Positions 28,634 to 39,099 of a DNA stretch of 64,000 nt are shown in pieces. The DNA is from Verrucomicrobiia bacterium (GTDB lineage: Bacteria; Verrucomicrobiota; Verrucomicrobiia; Limisphaerales; UBA1319), in contig OY760937.1 of NCBI GenBank assembly GCA_963664225.1, forward strand, positions 1,088,001 through 1,152,000. Direction: 5' to 3'. Position numbers and translations under genes: made by a program. The first letter of the stretch is position 1, and every line of letters starts with the position of its first letter. The notes beneath the pieces are model-generated. The model did no database searches and was not told where the DNA came from. It was given only the letters and a program-made list of their open reading frames with translations.

Positions 28634-31600
28634 ATGGCTTCTCGGGTGACCAGGAAAATTTGGCGGAGACTCCGGCTTGGCTTCCGCTATTTCCGCGTGA
28701 CGCTCTGGCTTATTGTGCTGATCGTGGCGGCGTTCCTGGTTTACCTCAACGAGGTCGGTCTGCCTGACTTTGTTAAGAACCCAATTCTGACGGAATTGCG
28801 CGCCCGCGGGCTGGAATTGGATTTCAGCCGGTTGAGACTCTTATGGTATCGTGGCATCGTCGCCGAAAACATCAACTTGGGTTCGCGGGAAGCAGGCGGT
28901 CCGCAATTTTTTATCGACGAGGCGGAGGTGCATTTGCGGTATGGCGCGTTGGTGCACTTTCGCGTCGAACTCGAGTCTCTGGCGATCCGGCAGGCTCGCT
29001 TCTGCTGGAACCTCCCCGCGCTGGAGGAATACCCCTCCCGTCTATTGAGTGTGGACGATATCACAACTGAATTGCAGTTCTTGCCGGAGGACGTTTGGGT
29101 GCTGTCAAACCTGCGCGGTCATTTTTTGGGCGCGGATTTGGTTTTTGCCGGCGCCGTGACCAATGCCTCGTTTCTCAAGGAACTAAAGGGGCCCGTGGAT
29201 ACCAACAAGGTTGCGGTCTCTCAAGGCAACCTGTGGCATCGACTTTTGTATTTGCGCGACAGCATCGATTTTCAATCCACACCACGTATCGAAGCGCACC
29301 TGCAAATCGACGCGCTGCACCCGGAGCGATTCACGGGCGACGCGAGCATCAAATTGCCCGGCGCCCGCTTCCCAGGAGGAAACGTTGGGGAAGTGCATTT
29401 AAACGTCAAGGGGAGATCCGCTGATGATGAAGTCGGACCTTCGAAGGCGGACCTCGTTGCCAAAGTGGCCGGAATGCAAATCGAGAATTACCGTGTCGCA
29501 ACGGCTCAATTCAATTCACGCGTCGAACTCAATGGCGCCAATTCAATGCCGGAACTTGTGACCGTTCAGGCGAACCTGCGTCACGGAGCGTTGCCATGGG
29601 GAACCTTTGCAATGGCTTCAATTTCAGGTGAAACGCGTCCTGACAAAACGATCGAGGGCTGGAAAACTCAGTGGCACGGCGAGGTGGATCGTCCGAATAC
29701 ACCATGGGGTTCGGCCGATTCCCTGGAAACAAAAGGGCAGTGCGCCATGCCTGCGCTGTCATTCACGAATGTTGACTCCACGGCGGGTGGTTCGGTCGGC
29801 TTGGGCAGATGGCTCCGGGCATATTGGGCTGCAGTGAAGAATCAAGCCAATACGAACACCCAAGCGGCCATAGAGACAACTCTGAAGAAAGTGAAAACCA
29901 AATGGGCGGATGCCAGCTTAGCACATCTCTCGGTGCATGCGAGCCGCAATGCGCAACCTGGAGTCCGCGAGGTTTTCGGCGCGAACAAGGCGGAGTGGTG
30001 GGATGCTTTCAAGCCGTTTGACGCGCAAGTCGAGGGTTCGTTGGATGGTGTTACAAGCGTTTATGGACCAGTGGATCGTTTCGAGTTTTCCAGTCAATGG
30101 CAGCCGCCCAATTTGAATTTGAGCGGGCTTCATGCCCGGCTGTTCGGGGGGCATTTCAATGCCAGAGCGGGGGTGAACTTGAACGCACGTAAGGCGGATG
30201 CTGAAATTGAGTCCAACTTCGACGTTCATCAAATCGGCATCCTGGTTGGACCCGGGAGCCAGCGTTGGCTGCGGCAATTCGGCTGGGGCACGCCGCCCCA
30301 AGTTCGCGCTCAGGTCAGTGCGACATTGCCGGATTGGAGCCTTCCCTTTGAACAATGGCCCGATGCAATGGATCCGACACTCACCGTCGCAGGATCGGTG
30401 TCCAGTTGGCCCGCGTCGTTTCGCGGCGTGCCCGCCTCCTCGGCGGAACTGCACTTCAACTATGAGAATGGCATGTGGTTTATTCCGGACATTTCCGTTC
30501 AGAGGCCGGAAGGCGGGGTGTTCTTGACTTATGTGGAAGATCCCGAATCGCACGGATTTTTCTGGGAAGGTCGCAGTTCGATCGATCTGGCGGCTCTTAA
30601 ACCGCTTTTTACCGAATCCCAATTCAAGGCGATGAATCTATTTCATTTCAACAGTCCGCCGGTGATTGCAGGCAATGTATGGGGAATCTGGCATGGCGAA
30701 GACAGCCTCGGTTTGCGGGCGGTTGTGGACGCCAGGGATTTTGCCTTTCGCGGTGAATCCATCGCCCAGGCGCATCTCCCATTAGCGTTTACCAACGAGT
30801 GGCTGACTTCCACCGGGGCTGTCCTCCGGCATCAGGACCAGCCCGTTGAAGTCGGTCAGACGTGGTTTAACACCCGTGAAATGCGTCTCTATTTGACCAA
30901 TGCAATCGCGCGTATCGATCCGGGCGTGGTCGGCCGTGCCATCGGGCCCATGACAGCCGAGATTCTGGAACCTTACCATTTTGGCAAGCCTCCAAAAGTC
31001 CTGGTCAACGGCTGGCTGGATGTAACGGATACTGACCAGGCCGATATGATGTTTCAGGTCGAGGGCGGCCCATTTCGATACTGGCGGTTTAACTTGGATG
31101 CCGTGTCCGCCGGGGTCCACTGGAAAGGACCTTCTCTGAGCATCAGAGATTTGAATGGGAAGTTTTATCGTGGTCAAATACAAGGTGTGTTGGATGCGGA
31201 TTTCACCCCGCGAATCGGCACCGATGTCAGCTATCGAATCGCCATCACCAACACGGACATGCGGACTTTGATGCAGGACATTTCCAATGCGACCAACCGG
31301 TTGGAGGGAACGCTGGCTGGGGAATTAAACATCACGCACTTGAATTCCGCGGATTGGAAAAGTTGGCAGGGCAATGGACGCATGCATCTTAAGCAGGGAT
31401 TGATCTGGGATATTCCCATGTTTGGCATGGTCTCCACTGTTCTAAACTCGATTGTTCCTGGCATTGCCAACAGTCGGGCTGAGGAGGGCAATGCCACGTT
31501 CACCATCACCAACAGCCTCATCAACACAAAAGACCTCGATATCCGTGCTTCGGCGATGCGCCTCTATTATTCGGGAACGGTCGATTTCGATGCCAATGTA

Positions 31601-31858
31601 AATGCGCGTTTGGAAGCGTCCTTGTTTCGGGACTGGTGGTTGCCGGGCAAGGTGTTTGGCCTGGCTTTGACTCCGTTGACCAAGCTTTTGGAATACAAGG
31701 TCACGGGCACGCTGAGCAATCCAAAGAGCGAGCCACTTTATATTTTGCCCAAATTTCTACTTGCGCCGTTGCATCCCATTAAAGCAATCAAGGATTTGTT
31801 CCCTGCAGAAGACCGCTCCAATTCAAGCGCAAAGGATCCCGTTGTGGATAAAAAGTAA
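28634..31858 (+). CDS. AsmA-like (YhdP/TamB superfamily) protein
   Basis: N-terminal TM anchor, long beta-rich body, AsmA-like C-terminus (FYRGQIQG...GTLAGEL...GNGRMHLKQG...YYSGTVDFD...YKVTGTLSNPK). Confidence 0.78.
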   Translation: MASRVTRKIWRRLRLGFRYFRVTLWLIVLIVAAFLVYLNEVGLPDFVKNPILTELRARGLELDFSRLRLLWYRGIVAENINLGSREAGGPQFFIDEAEVHLRYGALVHFRVELESLAIRQARFCWNLPALEEYPSRLLSVDDITTELQFLPEDVWVLSNLRGHFLGADLVFAGAVTNASFLKELKGPVDTNKVAVSQGNLWHRLLYLRDSIDFQSTPRIEAHLQIDALHPERFTGDASIKLPGARFPGGNVGEVHLNVKGRSADDEVGPSKADLVAKVAGMQIENYRVATAQFNSRVELNGANSMPELVTVQANLRHGALPWGTFAMASISGETRPDKTIEGWKTQWHGEVDRPNTPWGSADSLETKGQCAMPALSFTNVDSTAGGSVGLGRWLRAYWAAVKNQANTNTQAAIETTLKKVKTKWADASLAHLSVHASRNAQPGVREVFGANKAEWWDAFKPFDAQVEGSLDGVTSVYGPVDRFEFSSQWQPPNLNLSGLHARLFGGHFNARAGVNLNARKADAEIESNFDVHQIGILVGPGSQRWLRQFGWGTPPQVRAQVSATLPDWSLPFEQWPDAMDPTLTVAGSVSSWPASFRGVPASSAELHFNYENGMWFIPDISVQRPEGGVFLTYVEDPESHGFFWEGRSSIDLAALKPLFTESQFKAMNLFHFNSPPVIAGNVWGIWHGEDSLGLRAVVDARDFAFRGESIAQAHLPLAFTNEWLTSTGAVLRHQDQPVEVGQTWFNTREMRLYLTNAIARIDPGVVGRAIGPMTAEILEPYHFGKPPKVLVNGWLDVTDTDQADMMFQVEGGPFRYWRFNLDAVSAGVHWKGPSLSIRDLNGKFYRGQIQGVLDADFTPRIGTDVSYRIAITNTDMRTLMQDISNATNRLEGTLAGELNITHLNSADWKSWQGNGRMHLKQGLIWDIPMFGMVSTVLNSIVPGIANSRAEEGNATFTITNSLINTKDLDIRASAMRLYYSGTVDFDANVNARLEASLFRDWWLPGKVFGLALTPLTKLLEYKVTGTLSNPKSEPLYILPKFLLAPLHPIKAIKDLFPAEDRSNSSAKDPVVDKK

Positions 31859-31896
31859 GTGAATGCGCCGCTGATACTCGGCAGCGCGCAAGGCCC

Positions 31897-33795
31897 CTAA
31901 TTCTCCGCCGAATGTAGCCCGCCAGCGCCGCTCTTGAATTTCAAATTGGTGCGTTCCCCCTGGCCGGTCGGTTGTGCGCAGTTCCACAGGCACGCCCCGC
32001 AGTGAATGCACTTTTCGCGGTCGAACGAAGGCACGCCGTTGGGACCTGGGGCAATCGCCTGACCTGAACAGACTTCGATGCAGATTTTCGTTCCGCATTG
32101 CTGGCAGAGGTTCGGGTAAAGAAATTCAACATGATCAGCCCAGCCCGCGGGCGCCTGCACCTTGCCGCCCATCAGAAGAGCGTCCTGATGTGAAACGAGC
32201 AATTGGCCGTCATAGGGAATTGCAGGCCAGCCGCAACGCTGCATCAATGCTCCGTGCAGGGATATCCCTTGCGCATCGCATTGCTTGCGCAGAATTCCCA
32301 GTTCCTCCGTTGAGATCTTGCCCCGGTAATATTCTTCCAGCGAGGGAATGCGCTTATAGGGCGGCATCGGCTTTCCGGGGACCGAGAACATGCCCTTGGT
32401 CATGCCCGTCAACGCCATTCCGATCATGCCGGTAACCACTCCGCGTTGGAATCCGTCCCGGGATTTCTCCGCAATAAGTCCCTCTTTTTCGACCCAACTG
32501 TTCCGCCGACGTTTCACATAGGCTTCTTCGAGATTGGCTTGCGTGAATGGCTTTTTGGCTTTGAGCAATTCGAGAACGCCTTCGGCCAGTTGTGTTCCGG
32601 TGGCCCACGCTTCATCCACACCCGAGCCAGTTAGAACATTGGTTGCACCGGAACCTTCGCCGATGCGCGCAAATCCGTTTCCCACCAGTTGGGGTTCGCC
32701 ACGCCGACCGGACTCTTGCAGCGTTTTGGCTCCCCAGGAACGAAGGCGTCCGCCTTTCAAATGCTTCCATAAATACGGATGCATCATCCAATGCTGCAAA
32801 TAGCGGTAGGAGGTCCGTACGGGGCTGTCGAACCAGGAGGGCACAAAGATGCCAACCGAAGCAACCCGGTCCGGATGCACATAGAAAAATCCAAATATTT
32901 CCGGCTCAGGAAAGCCGAACGTGTGTAATACCGTGCCCGGAGTGAGTTTGGTATCCTCTGGCAGATCCACCACCATCTTCATGCCCACAGCCCAATCGTG
33001 CACGTGATGGCCTTCGGGCAATCCGAATTGCTCGTCCAACTGCTGGCCGATGGCGCCGACCGGTCCATCCCCGACAACGGTCAATGCGGCGTGAATATCC
33101 ATGCCCGGCATGAATCCATCACCAGGTTGGCCTTTTTTGTCCGTGCCCTGGTCGGCCAGTTGAATGCCCGCTACTTTTCCATCCTCGATGAGAACCTTCG
33201 CCACAGGTGTGCCCGGCCAGATTTGCACGGCGCCGGAGCTCATTAATTGAGCGCCCACCCATTGATTGAATTGGCCCATCGAAAGGATCAACCCGCCTTT
33301 TTTGTGCAGGAAAGAGGGTGTGATGGGAAGCTCCACCGCATCATCTTCAAATGGCAGCGCCCATTTCATGGTCCGAACCATTTTGTCAGCCGCGCGCAGG
33401 ACCAGGGAACGACGGCTGGCACCCACTGGATCGAGCAGGTAAAGCACCTTTTCCTGGGCGACTGGAGTCGCCATTGGGATTTGCGCCGGGTCCAGATTGG
33501 GCAGGGACTCTCGAATGCTGCGACCTTTGGTGACCACACCAGATACCCCGAAACCCAAATCCTCGGCGCGTTCGTAGCAAAGGACTTGGGGTGGCATCCC
33601 AGGCATGGACGCGCTTTCCAAAGCAGGCGTTCCATCCTCATTGGTTTTCGTCAACTGGTGTGACAACGTGGTGAGAAAGCCACCCATGGCGGGACCGAAT
33701 CCCACGCACACAATATCAGCGTCCATCTTCGGACGTTCGATGTCAGAAACCGTATCGGGCATATCAGATTGATCGTGGTCGTCCTGTGCTGGCAT
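31897..33795 (-). CDS. ETF:quinone oxidoreductase / FixC-like flavoprotein fused to a FixX-like 4Fe-4S ferredoxin
   Basis: DIVCVGFGPAMG FAD-binding motif, WGAKTLQESG, IGEGSG..NVLTGSGV, C-terminal CQQCGTKICIEVC and CIHCGACLWNC. ATG 33795 overlaps the upstream stop (TGATG). Confidence 0.85.
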   Translation of the reverse strand: MPAQDDHDQSDMPDTVSDIERPKMDADIVCVGFGPAMGGFLTTLSHQLTKTNEDGTPALESASMPGMPPQVLCYERAEDLGFGVSGVVTKGRSIRESLPNLDPAQIPMATPVAQEKVLYLLDPVGASRRSLVLRAADKMVRTMKWALPFEDDAVELPITPSFLHKKGGLILSMGQFNQWVGAQLMSSGAVQIWPGTPVAKVLIEDGKVAGIQLADQGTDKKGQPGDGFMPGMDIHAALTVVGDGPVGAIGQQLDEQFGLPEGHHVHDWAVGMKMVVDLPEDTKLTPGTVLHTFGFPEPEIFGFFYVHPDRVASVGIFVPSWFDSPVRTSYRYLQHWMMHPYLWKHLKGGRLRSWGAKTLQESGRRGEPQLVGNGFARIGEGSGATNVLTGSGVDEAWATGTQLAEGVLELLKAKKPFTQANLEEAYVKRRRNSWVEKEGLIAEKSRDGFQRGVVTGMIGMALTGMTKGMFSVPGKPMPPYKRIPSLEEYYRGKISTEELGILRKQCDAQGISLHGALMQRCGWPAIPYDGQLLVSHQDALLMGGKVQAPAGWADHVEFLYPNLCQQCGTKICIEVCSGQAIAPGPNGVPSFDREKCIHCGACLWNCAQPTGQGERTNLKFKSGAGGLHSAEN

Positions 33796-36014
33796 CAGAC
33801 GGGGTAATCGAGCGCTTCGGGGATCATGACCTGCGTCAATGCCTCTGCCGCGCGATCTTTTGCAAGTCGCGAACCTGTAAGGCATCCGTCCAGCTTGAGA
33901 CGCATGCGCGAGAAGGGTTCAAGACCGATCGCCTGAACACAAGGTCCTGCCTTGTGAGGATGCGCGGCGTTGATTTCAGTCACGTCGTTGACTCCGCGCG
34001 CGCTGCTCGCGATTCCCGGAATCACCCCTTCGAGGGTGTCCAGATCATCCGCTCCATAACAACTGCCGCATCCTGCCTGGTCCCATGCAGGATGGCGGTT
34101 GTAGCCATGCACCAATTCGGCGCAAATGCGGCCGGTTTCACCGGCGGCGCGGGCGCACTGCACATGGCATAGGTCGGTCATGAATTGGGTCAGCCCCTCG
34201 AGTCCCTCTGCAAGGGCGGGATTGGAGGGCCCTTTGGCCTCCAGTTCGAGTGTATCCAACAGAAAGGCACGGGCGGCCAGCAACCAACAGAGTACGTCGG
34301 CCAGGGGGAACGTGACACCCTGACGCGTTCCGTGATAAAGCCGCGCGCCGTTGGCGTCGGCTGTGTTTTGAAGGTGATTGAGCGTCCAGAGCCACATTTC
34401 CATGGCCGAGGCCAGTGTGCAGGCTCCCGTACCGGGCTTCTCCGAGGCGATGAGTCGCAAATCCCCGATCCATTTCTTGAATAAAGCGAGAAACACCTCG
34501 CTGCACATGGTCACACTGAGTTGTCTGCGCTGAACTGATTCCGGGCCCTCGTAAGTGGCTTCAAGCTGGGCATCCATCCATTTATGCCCAAGGAATCCCG
34601 GGCAATCCTCGGTCACCCCGTATCCACCCATGAGGCTCACCGCTTCGCGCATCATGGTCGCGCCATAGCCGGTGTTCCACAATTTACAGGCGGGACAGAA
34701 GACATTGGCCTGGGCGTCCTGAAGAACAAATGAAACGATCGGATCCTGTTGAAGCGCTGCAAGGCGGGCGGCATCACGCTTGTTTTCGGGCGCGGCGGCC
34801 AGGGCCAGGTATTCCAGGGCGTCTTTTCCGCTCTTGGCCAGGGCCTTCAACTGAGCGCGTGCGCCGGTGATGTTTTGTTGAGCAAACAGTGCATCCTTCG
34901 TCTTCTCGATGGGATCCAACTCGTCATACATCCGCGCCGCGGTGAATCCCAGTGAGGCGCTTGCCTCCCCGGTGGCCCAGACGTCGATCAAACGGTGCAG
35001 GCTGTCCTGCTTTTGTTGCAGCCCCAGCTCGTAACGGGGGGAATTGGTGTCACCGACATCGCCGCCGCGGAAACGCGTGCGCTGATAGCGGATGACCGGC
35101 TCCACGGCGGATAGCAATTTGGCTGCAGTCATCAAGCCGACCGTGACACGGGTGCGGCGAAATACGCTTTCAATGATTTCGCTATGATCGTGATTGGGAA
35201 TGATTACGCCATTCTTGACCGTATAGCCACCGACGATGCGGCTGGCGGGAACGCGCAGGCTGAAGATGGGATCGCACGTCGAGGAAAGCTGATGAACGAG
35301 CTTTTTCGTGGCCGAACCACGATCGAATAGTCCCGGATCGGTTTCTTCGAGAATGATCATGCAACTGCCCTTGATCCGCGTATCGGAAGAATCCACAGCC
35401 GCAGTGACGATGTTGGCAAAGCCCATGTTTGTGATGAAGCGGCCCCGCTTCTCCACCTGGAGCATCGGTTCCTCGCCTTCCTTCCATTCGGCAATGCAAA
35501 TCTTGCCGCTCAGCATGCTGGTCTCCACACCCACGAAGGGCAGGGGTTCTGTCAGTGCGAAGGCGGCACGCTCCGTTTTTCGGTTTTCACCCGGTTTGGC
35601 CGGGGCGCATCGGGCCATGTAATGATCGCGCTGCTCTGGAGTGCCGCATTCATGAATGGGCGCCAACCCCAGATTGCTGGCAAGGCTGCAAGTGGCCGCG
35701 CCCGCATCCACCCAGGCCAGTTCGAAGGCGACCAGGGCAAGGGCGAGATTTTTCGGTCCTTCGATAAAACCGCCCTGCGCGGGATCGAGGAATGACGCAG
35801 TGATGCCGGAATCGTCGTACACCGCCAGGAGGCTGTTCTTTTCCGGCGTCCACTCATGGGAATTGCGCCCGCCTTGGGCCACCAATCGAGCGACGGGGCC
35901 TCGAGCCACCGGACGGACCGATTGTACGAGCATGGCCAGGTCGAAACGGTCGGCATAACGCCACATTATTTGGCGCACATCGTCACCGGGCAACGTTCTT
36001 AAGGTTTGTTTCAT
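33795..36014 (-). CDS. Long acyl-CoA dehydrogenase family protein
   Basis: ELAWVDAGAA, GTPEQRDHY, AFALTEP, KRGRFITN, AVSLMGGYGVTED, ATYEGPESVQ. Start placed at ATG 36014 (ORF open to 36056). Confidence 0.88.
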   Translation of the reverse strand: MKQTLRTLPGDDVRQIMWRYADRFDLAMLVQSVRPVARGPVARLVAQGGRNSHEWTPEKNSLLAVYDDSGITASFLDPAQGGFIEGPKNLALALVAFELAWVDAGAATCSLASNLGLAPIHECGTPEQRDHYMARCAPAKPGENRKTERAAFALTEPLPFVGVETSMLSGKICIAEWKEGEEPMLQVEKRGRFITNMGFANIVTAAVDSSDTRIKGSCMIILEETDPGLFDRGSATKKLVHQLSSTCDPIFSLRVPASRIVGGYTVKNGVIIPNHDHSEIIESVFRRTRVTVGLMTAAKLLSAVEPVIRYQRTRFRGGDVGDTNSPRYELGLQQKQDSLHRLIDVWATGEASASLGFTAARMYDELDPIEKTKDALFAQQNITGARAQLKALAKSGKDALEYLALAAAPENKRDAARLAALQQDPIVSFVLQDAQANVFCPACKLWNTGYGATMMREAVSLMGGYGVTEDCPGFLGHKWMDAQLEATYEGPESVQRRQLSVTMCSEVFLALFKKWIGDLRLIASEKPGTGACTLASAMEMWLWTLNHLQNTADANGARLYHGTRQGVTFPLADVLCWLLAARAFLLDTLELEAKGPSNPALAEGLEGLTQFMTDLCHVQCARAAGETGRICAELVHGYNRHPAWDQAGCGSCYGADDLDTLEGVIPGIASSARGVNDVTEINAAHPHKAGPCVQAIGLEPFSRMRLKLDGCLTGSRLAKDRAAEALTQVMIPEALDYPV

Positions 36015-36230
36015 CGAGTCAGCAAGTCGCGATTCCATAGCAAATAATACAGGCACGCATTAAAGCGGGCTGTGGAATAACACGCAAGTCAAAGCGTCAG
36101 CCGTTACGGGTTAAAATGCCAATGTTCGGGACATGGAGACCATGTAATCCGTTGGCCCGGACGGCAAAGAGGATCTGTAACACTGTTTGGGAAAATCACT
36201 GATGACGATTGGAAATACTGCGCAACTCCG

Positions 36231-37010
36231 TTACGGTTCGAGCTGGAAGAGGGAATCCGGCAGGCGACCGATTATTTGTTCCGGGAGGCGTGCATCCAGG
36301 GAGCCAGGATCAGGTTTTTCGATACCGATATGGTTATCGCAGAAAAGAACGTTCGCCTTTTTAACATGTCTGAAATGTACGGTGGCCTCGGCCCGGTTTG
36401 TGCCAATATAGTAAAATTCCTCGAGCATCGGGTGATCGCGGGAGGCCGGTGCCTGGAAATCGTTGATTTGCGCCGCATCCGCCATGAGGGCCAGTTGTGA
36501 AGGATGGGGGATTTTAGAGACCTGAAACGGCGGCGCGCTCAATGGGGATGAAAGCAGGAAATTGTAGCCGTAGCCATAGGCGGCGCCCACAGCCTTGAGT
36601 TTAAACTGGCTCATGGCGTAATTGAGCGATGGGCAGATGCTGATACCGCGGCCCGTCAGATAGGCGCGAAGGGCCCCCTGGGCAGGATCGAAAGCGCGCT
36701 GGCTTTCATTGCCGCGTTCAAGCCAGCCAAACCAGTAAATATCCCCTCCGTTTGTATAAGCCCCCCGGTAGCGAAAGGCCCGGCCATCATTGTCATCCCA
36801 ATACATGTGAACGGCCATCCCCAGTTGCCGCAAATTCGAGCCGCATTGGACCCGGCGGGCTGATTGGCGGCTGCGGCTTAGCGTGGGCAGGAGCAGGCTT
36901 GCCAGCAATGCGATGATTGCTATGACGACCAGCAATTCAATCAACGTGAACGCAGATATCCGCCGTGTGACTATTTTGCGCAGATTTCCGGTTGTCCAGA
37001 GAATCATCAT
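36231..37010 (-). CDS. Prepilin-type N-terminal cleavage/methylation protein, DUF1559-like with H-X9-DG-type motif
   Basis: [46 protein letters not shown]-terminal [17 protein letters not shown] 37010 overlaps the upstream stop (ATGA). Confidence 0.9.
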   Translation of the reverse strand: MMILWTTGNLRKIVTRRISAFTLIELLVVIAIIALLASLLLPTLSRSRQSARRVQCGSNLRQLGMAVHMYWDDNDGRAFRYRGAYTNGGDIYWFGWLERGNESQRAFDPAQGALRAYLTGRGISICPSLNYAMSQFKLKAVGAAYGYGYNFLLSSPLSAPPFQVSKIPHPSQLALMADAAQINDFQAPASRDHPMLEEFYYIGTNRAEATVHFRHVKKANVLFCDNHIGIEKPDPGSLDARLPEQIIGRLPDSLFQLEP

Positions 37011-37987
37011 GGGAGCACGGCTTTGACTCGATAAAACGCAAAATTGACGGGGGCGTTGGTATCGGTAATGACGATGGGTGCCGTGTCGCCCAAAACCGGG
37101 GTGGCGGCCGTTTGCCAGAAGACCAGGTCCACACTTCTTTCCATCGTGTAGAACCATCGCGGGCTGCCATTGAATGCCGCCTGGTTTTGATTGTTTTGGA
37201 GCACGAATCGCAAATTGCGGATCGGCGGGTCTGGAAACGTCAGGATTAAATTGTCAATGGTGCCTTGCGCAAATAGGGACCCTGCAAAACCGGGTTGCTG
37301 GCCGATATCCGAATAGCTGGTGATGGATAAAGCGTTAATGCGGAAATCCACCGAGGCGTCGGGCAGAAGGACATCCTCAATGGGGCCAAACGGTTCGCCG
37401 TTGAGGGTGATCATTGTGGACAAGGCCTTCTTGGCAGCGGAGTAGGTCATTGTGATGTGGAACAAGCCACCCGGCGTTAGTTCCATTGGAAAATTGAAAG
37501 AAGGAAAGAACCGCGAATTGGTGGTGGAAATGACTGGAGAAATGGTGGCACCGAAACCGGTGTCTGGAAAGTACGTCCATTCAATGAGATTGGGAGTGTT
37601 GGCCGATGTGCCTCGAATAAAACCAGTCTTGAAGGCTTGTTCCAGATTCAAAAAGCCAAAGGCCAGCTCAAAGGCATATGGCTTGTCAGGATCAATGCCA
37701 GCTTGGATGTTGTGCATGACGAGATCAAGATCCAGGCTGAAATCGTCCGCCATACTGACAACCGTGTTGAGCGGATGGTAAAAGAAACTGTTCGAATTGG
37801 AGGAATCCCAAGTGACATCGAGCGCCTGGGATTCAACGTTCCATACAAACAGATTGGTTGCGCCGACCATTTTCCAGCCATTCGGAGCGGGATCACTTGA
37901 AAAATCCTCCCTCAACTCCGCGCCCCATGCCGTGGCAACGCTCAGGGACATCAGAAGGAACAGGGTCGCGAGACGCAATTGTTTCAT
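37007..37987 (-). CDS. Secreted beta-sandwich (lectin-like) protein with C-terminal sorting-like domain
   Basis: Signal peptide (…ATAWG/AE); EDFSSDP…W…IDNL jelly-roll pattern; C-terminus [13 protein letters not shown]…[20 protein letters not shown]. Confidence 0.7.
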   Translation of the reverse strand: MKQLRLATLFLLMSLSVATAWGAELREDFSSDPAPNGWKMVGATNLFVWNVESQALDVTWDSSNSNSFFYHPLNTVVSMADDFSLDLDLVMHNIQAGIDPDKPYAFELAFGFLNLEQAFKTGFIRGTSANTPNLIEWTYFPDTGFGATISPVISTTNSRFFPSFNFPMELTPGGLFHITMTYSAAKKALSTMITLNGEPFGPIEDVLLPDASVDFRINALSITSYSDIGQQPGFAGSLFAQGTIDNLILTFPDPPIRNLRFVLQNNQNQAAFNGSPRWFYTMERSVDLVFWQTAATPVLGDTAPIVITDTNAPVNFAFYRVKAVLP

Positions 37988-38037
37988 AAAACGGCGGATT
38001 TTAAGAAATCTTTCGTATTAGCTCTGTATGCGGGCCG

Positions 38038-38865
38038 TCAATCTCGCACGCGCTTTTTCATGTGCCAACCAAGAAGACACAGGCCGGATGCTAACAATGC
38101 ACTTGTAGCCGGTTCAGGCACCGGCGAAACAGTGGAAAAACCGTCGATTTCATAATAACCGTCCAACACGTCGATTCGGACATATTGAACACTGTCGAGT
38201 TGGACCTTTTCTCCGTGATTGTCGATGGCCCAATCCAGATCATAGCCCGTGCCCCCGGCCGAGCCCGCATAAAGAGCGCGAATTCCGGCCAGATCTTTGC
38301 CGCCGAAATCAGAATCCTTGAGAGCGGGGTTCACGGGCAGAGTGAAGCTGCCAGATCCATCGGTGGGATAAAGCTTATCAAAGACCGGAGCCAGAGAGGA
38401 ATCCAGCGTGTAAAATGTTTGGTTATCCGGGCTGACAGAGATGCGCACCGCGCCCAGGCGTGGATTGAAGATGGAGCCATCTGTAATGCCACCGCCTGAG
38501 AAATCGCCGTTGGTAATACTGAATCCGGCACCTCCGAATACAATGAAATCAACCCCGTATGGATTCGATGGAGAATTGATGGCAGGGACCCCCAACTGCA
38601 CGGTGAGCGTTCCGTTGGTGCCAACGGCCAGCAATTGGCTGTTAAGATAAGGCGGGCTGAAAGGATCAACCGACCCGCCATACACGCCCGGTGTGACCCG
38701 CGAGGGTTCGCCGATGACGCTGGAAGAGTTGGTATAACTTGCAATGTTCGAACGAAGCGCGCCCGGATTGTAGTCCGTGACGGCGCTTGCAAAAGACGCT
38801 GCCTGGTTGGTGGAAACGGTCGTTGCCACGCTGGCTCCCAGAGCCAGCCACGATAGAATTCGCAT
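38038..38865 (-). CDS. PEP-CTERM cell-surface protein, candidate cobalamin-binding protein
   Basis: Signal peptide; C-terminal VPEPATSALLASGLCLLGWHMKKRVRD (PEP, TM, basic tail); first gene behind the cobalamin riboswitch. Confidence 0.85.
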   Translation of the reverse strand: MRILSWLALGASVATTVSTNQAASFASAVTDYNPGALRSNIASYTNSSSVIGEPSRVTPGVYGGSVDPFSPPYLNSQLLAVGTNGTLTVQLGVPAINSPSNPYGVDFIVFGGAGFSITNGDFSGGGITDGSIFNPRLGAVRISVSPDNQTFYTLDSSLAPVFDKLYPTDGSGSFTLPVNPALKDSDFGGKDLAGIRALYAGSAGGTGYDLDWAIDNHGEKVQLDSVQYVRIDVLDGYYEIDGFSTVSPVPEPATSALLASGLCLLGWHMKKRVRD

Positions 38866-39099
38866 GATTCAGTTTTTCGTTGGTTCCGCGTTAATGCGGA
38901 GGTTGCATTTTCTGGAGACCAGCGCGGAGTCTGGAAAAAAACCTCCAGACCCCGGCAAAACGGAGAATGAAGGCATCCAACGACCCCGCCGAAAACAGAT
39001 CAGCGGGCTGGCCTCATCCTTCTCTTTGACGGAGAAGCGGTTTGTGAAGATCAGGACCTGTAGCAGGTACAAGAAATTCACAAACCTGACGAGCGCAGC

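Noticed and set aside
37011..37157. Longer start of the prepilin ORF
   Set aside because: It overlaps the upstream gene's coding C-terminus. Prepilin leaders are short, and ATG 37010 gives ATGA coupling.
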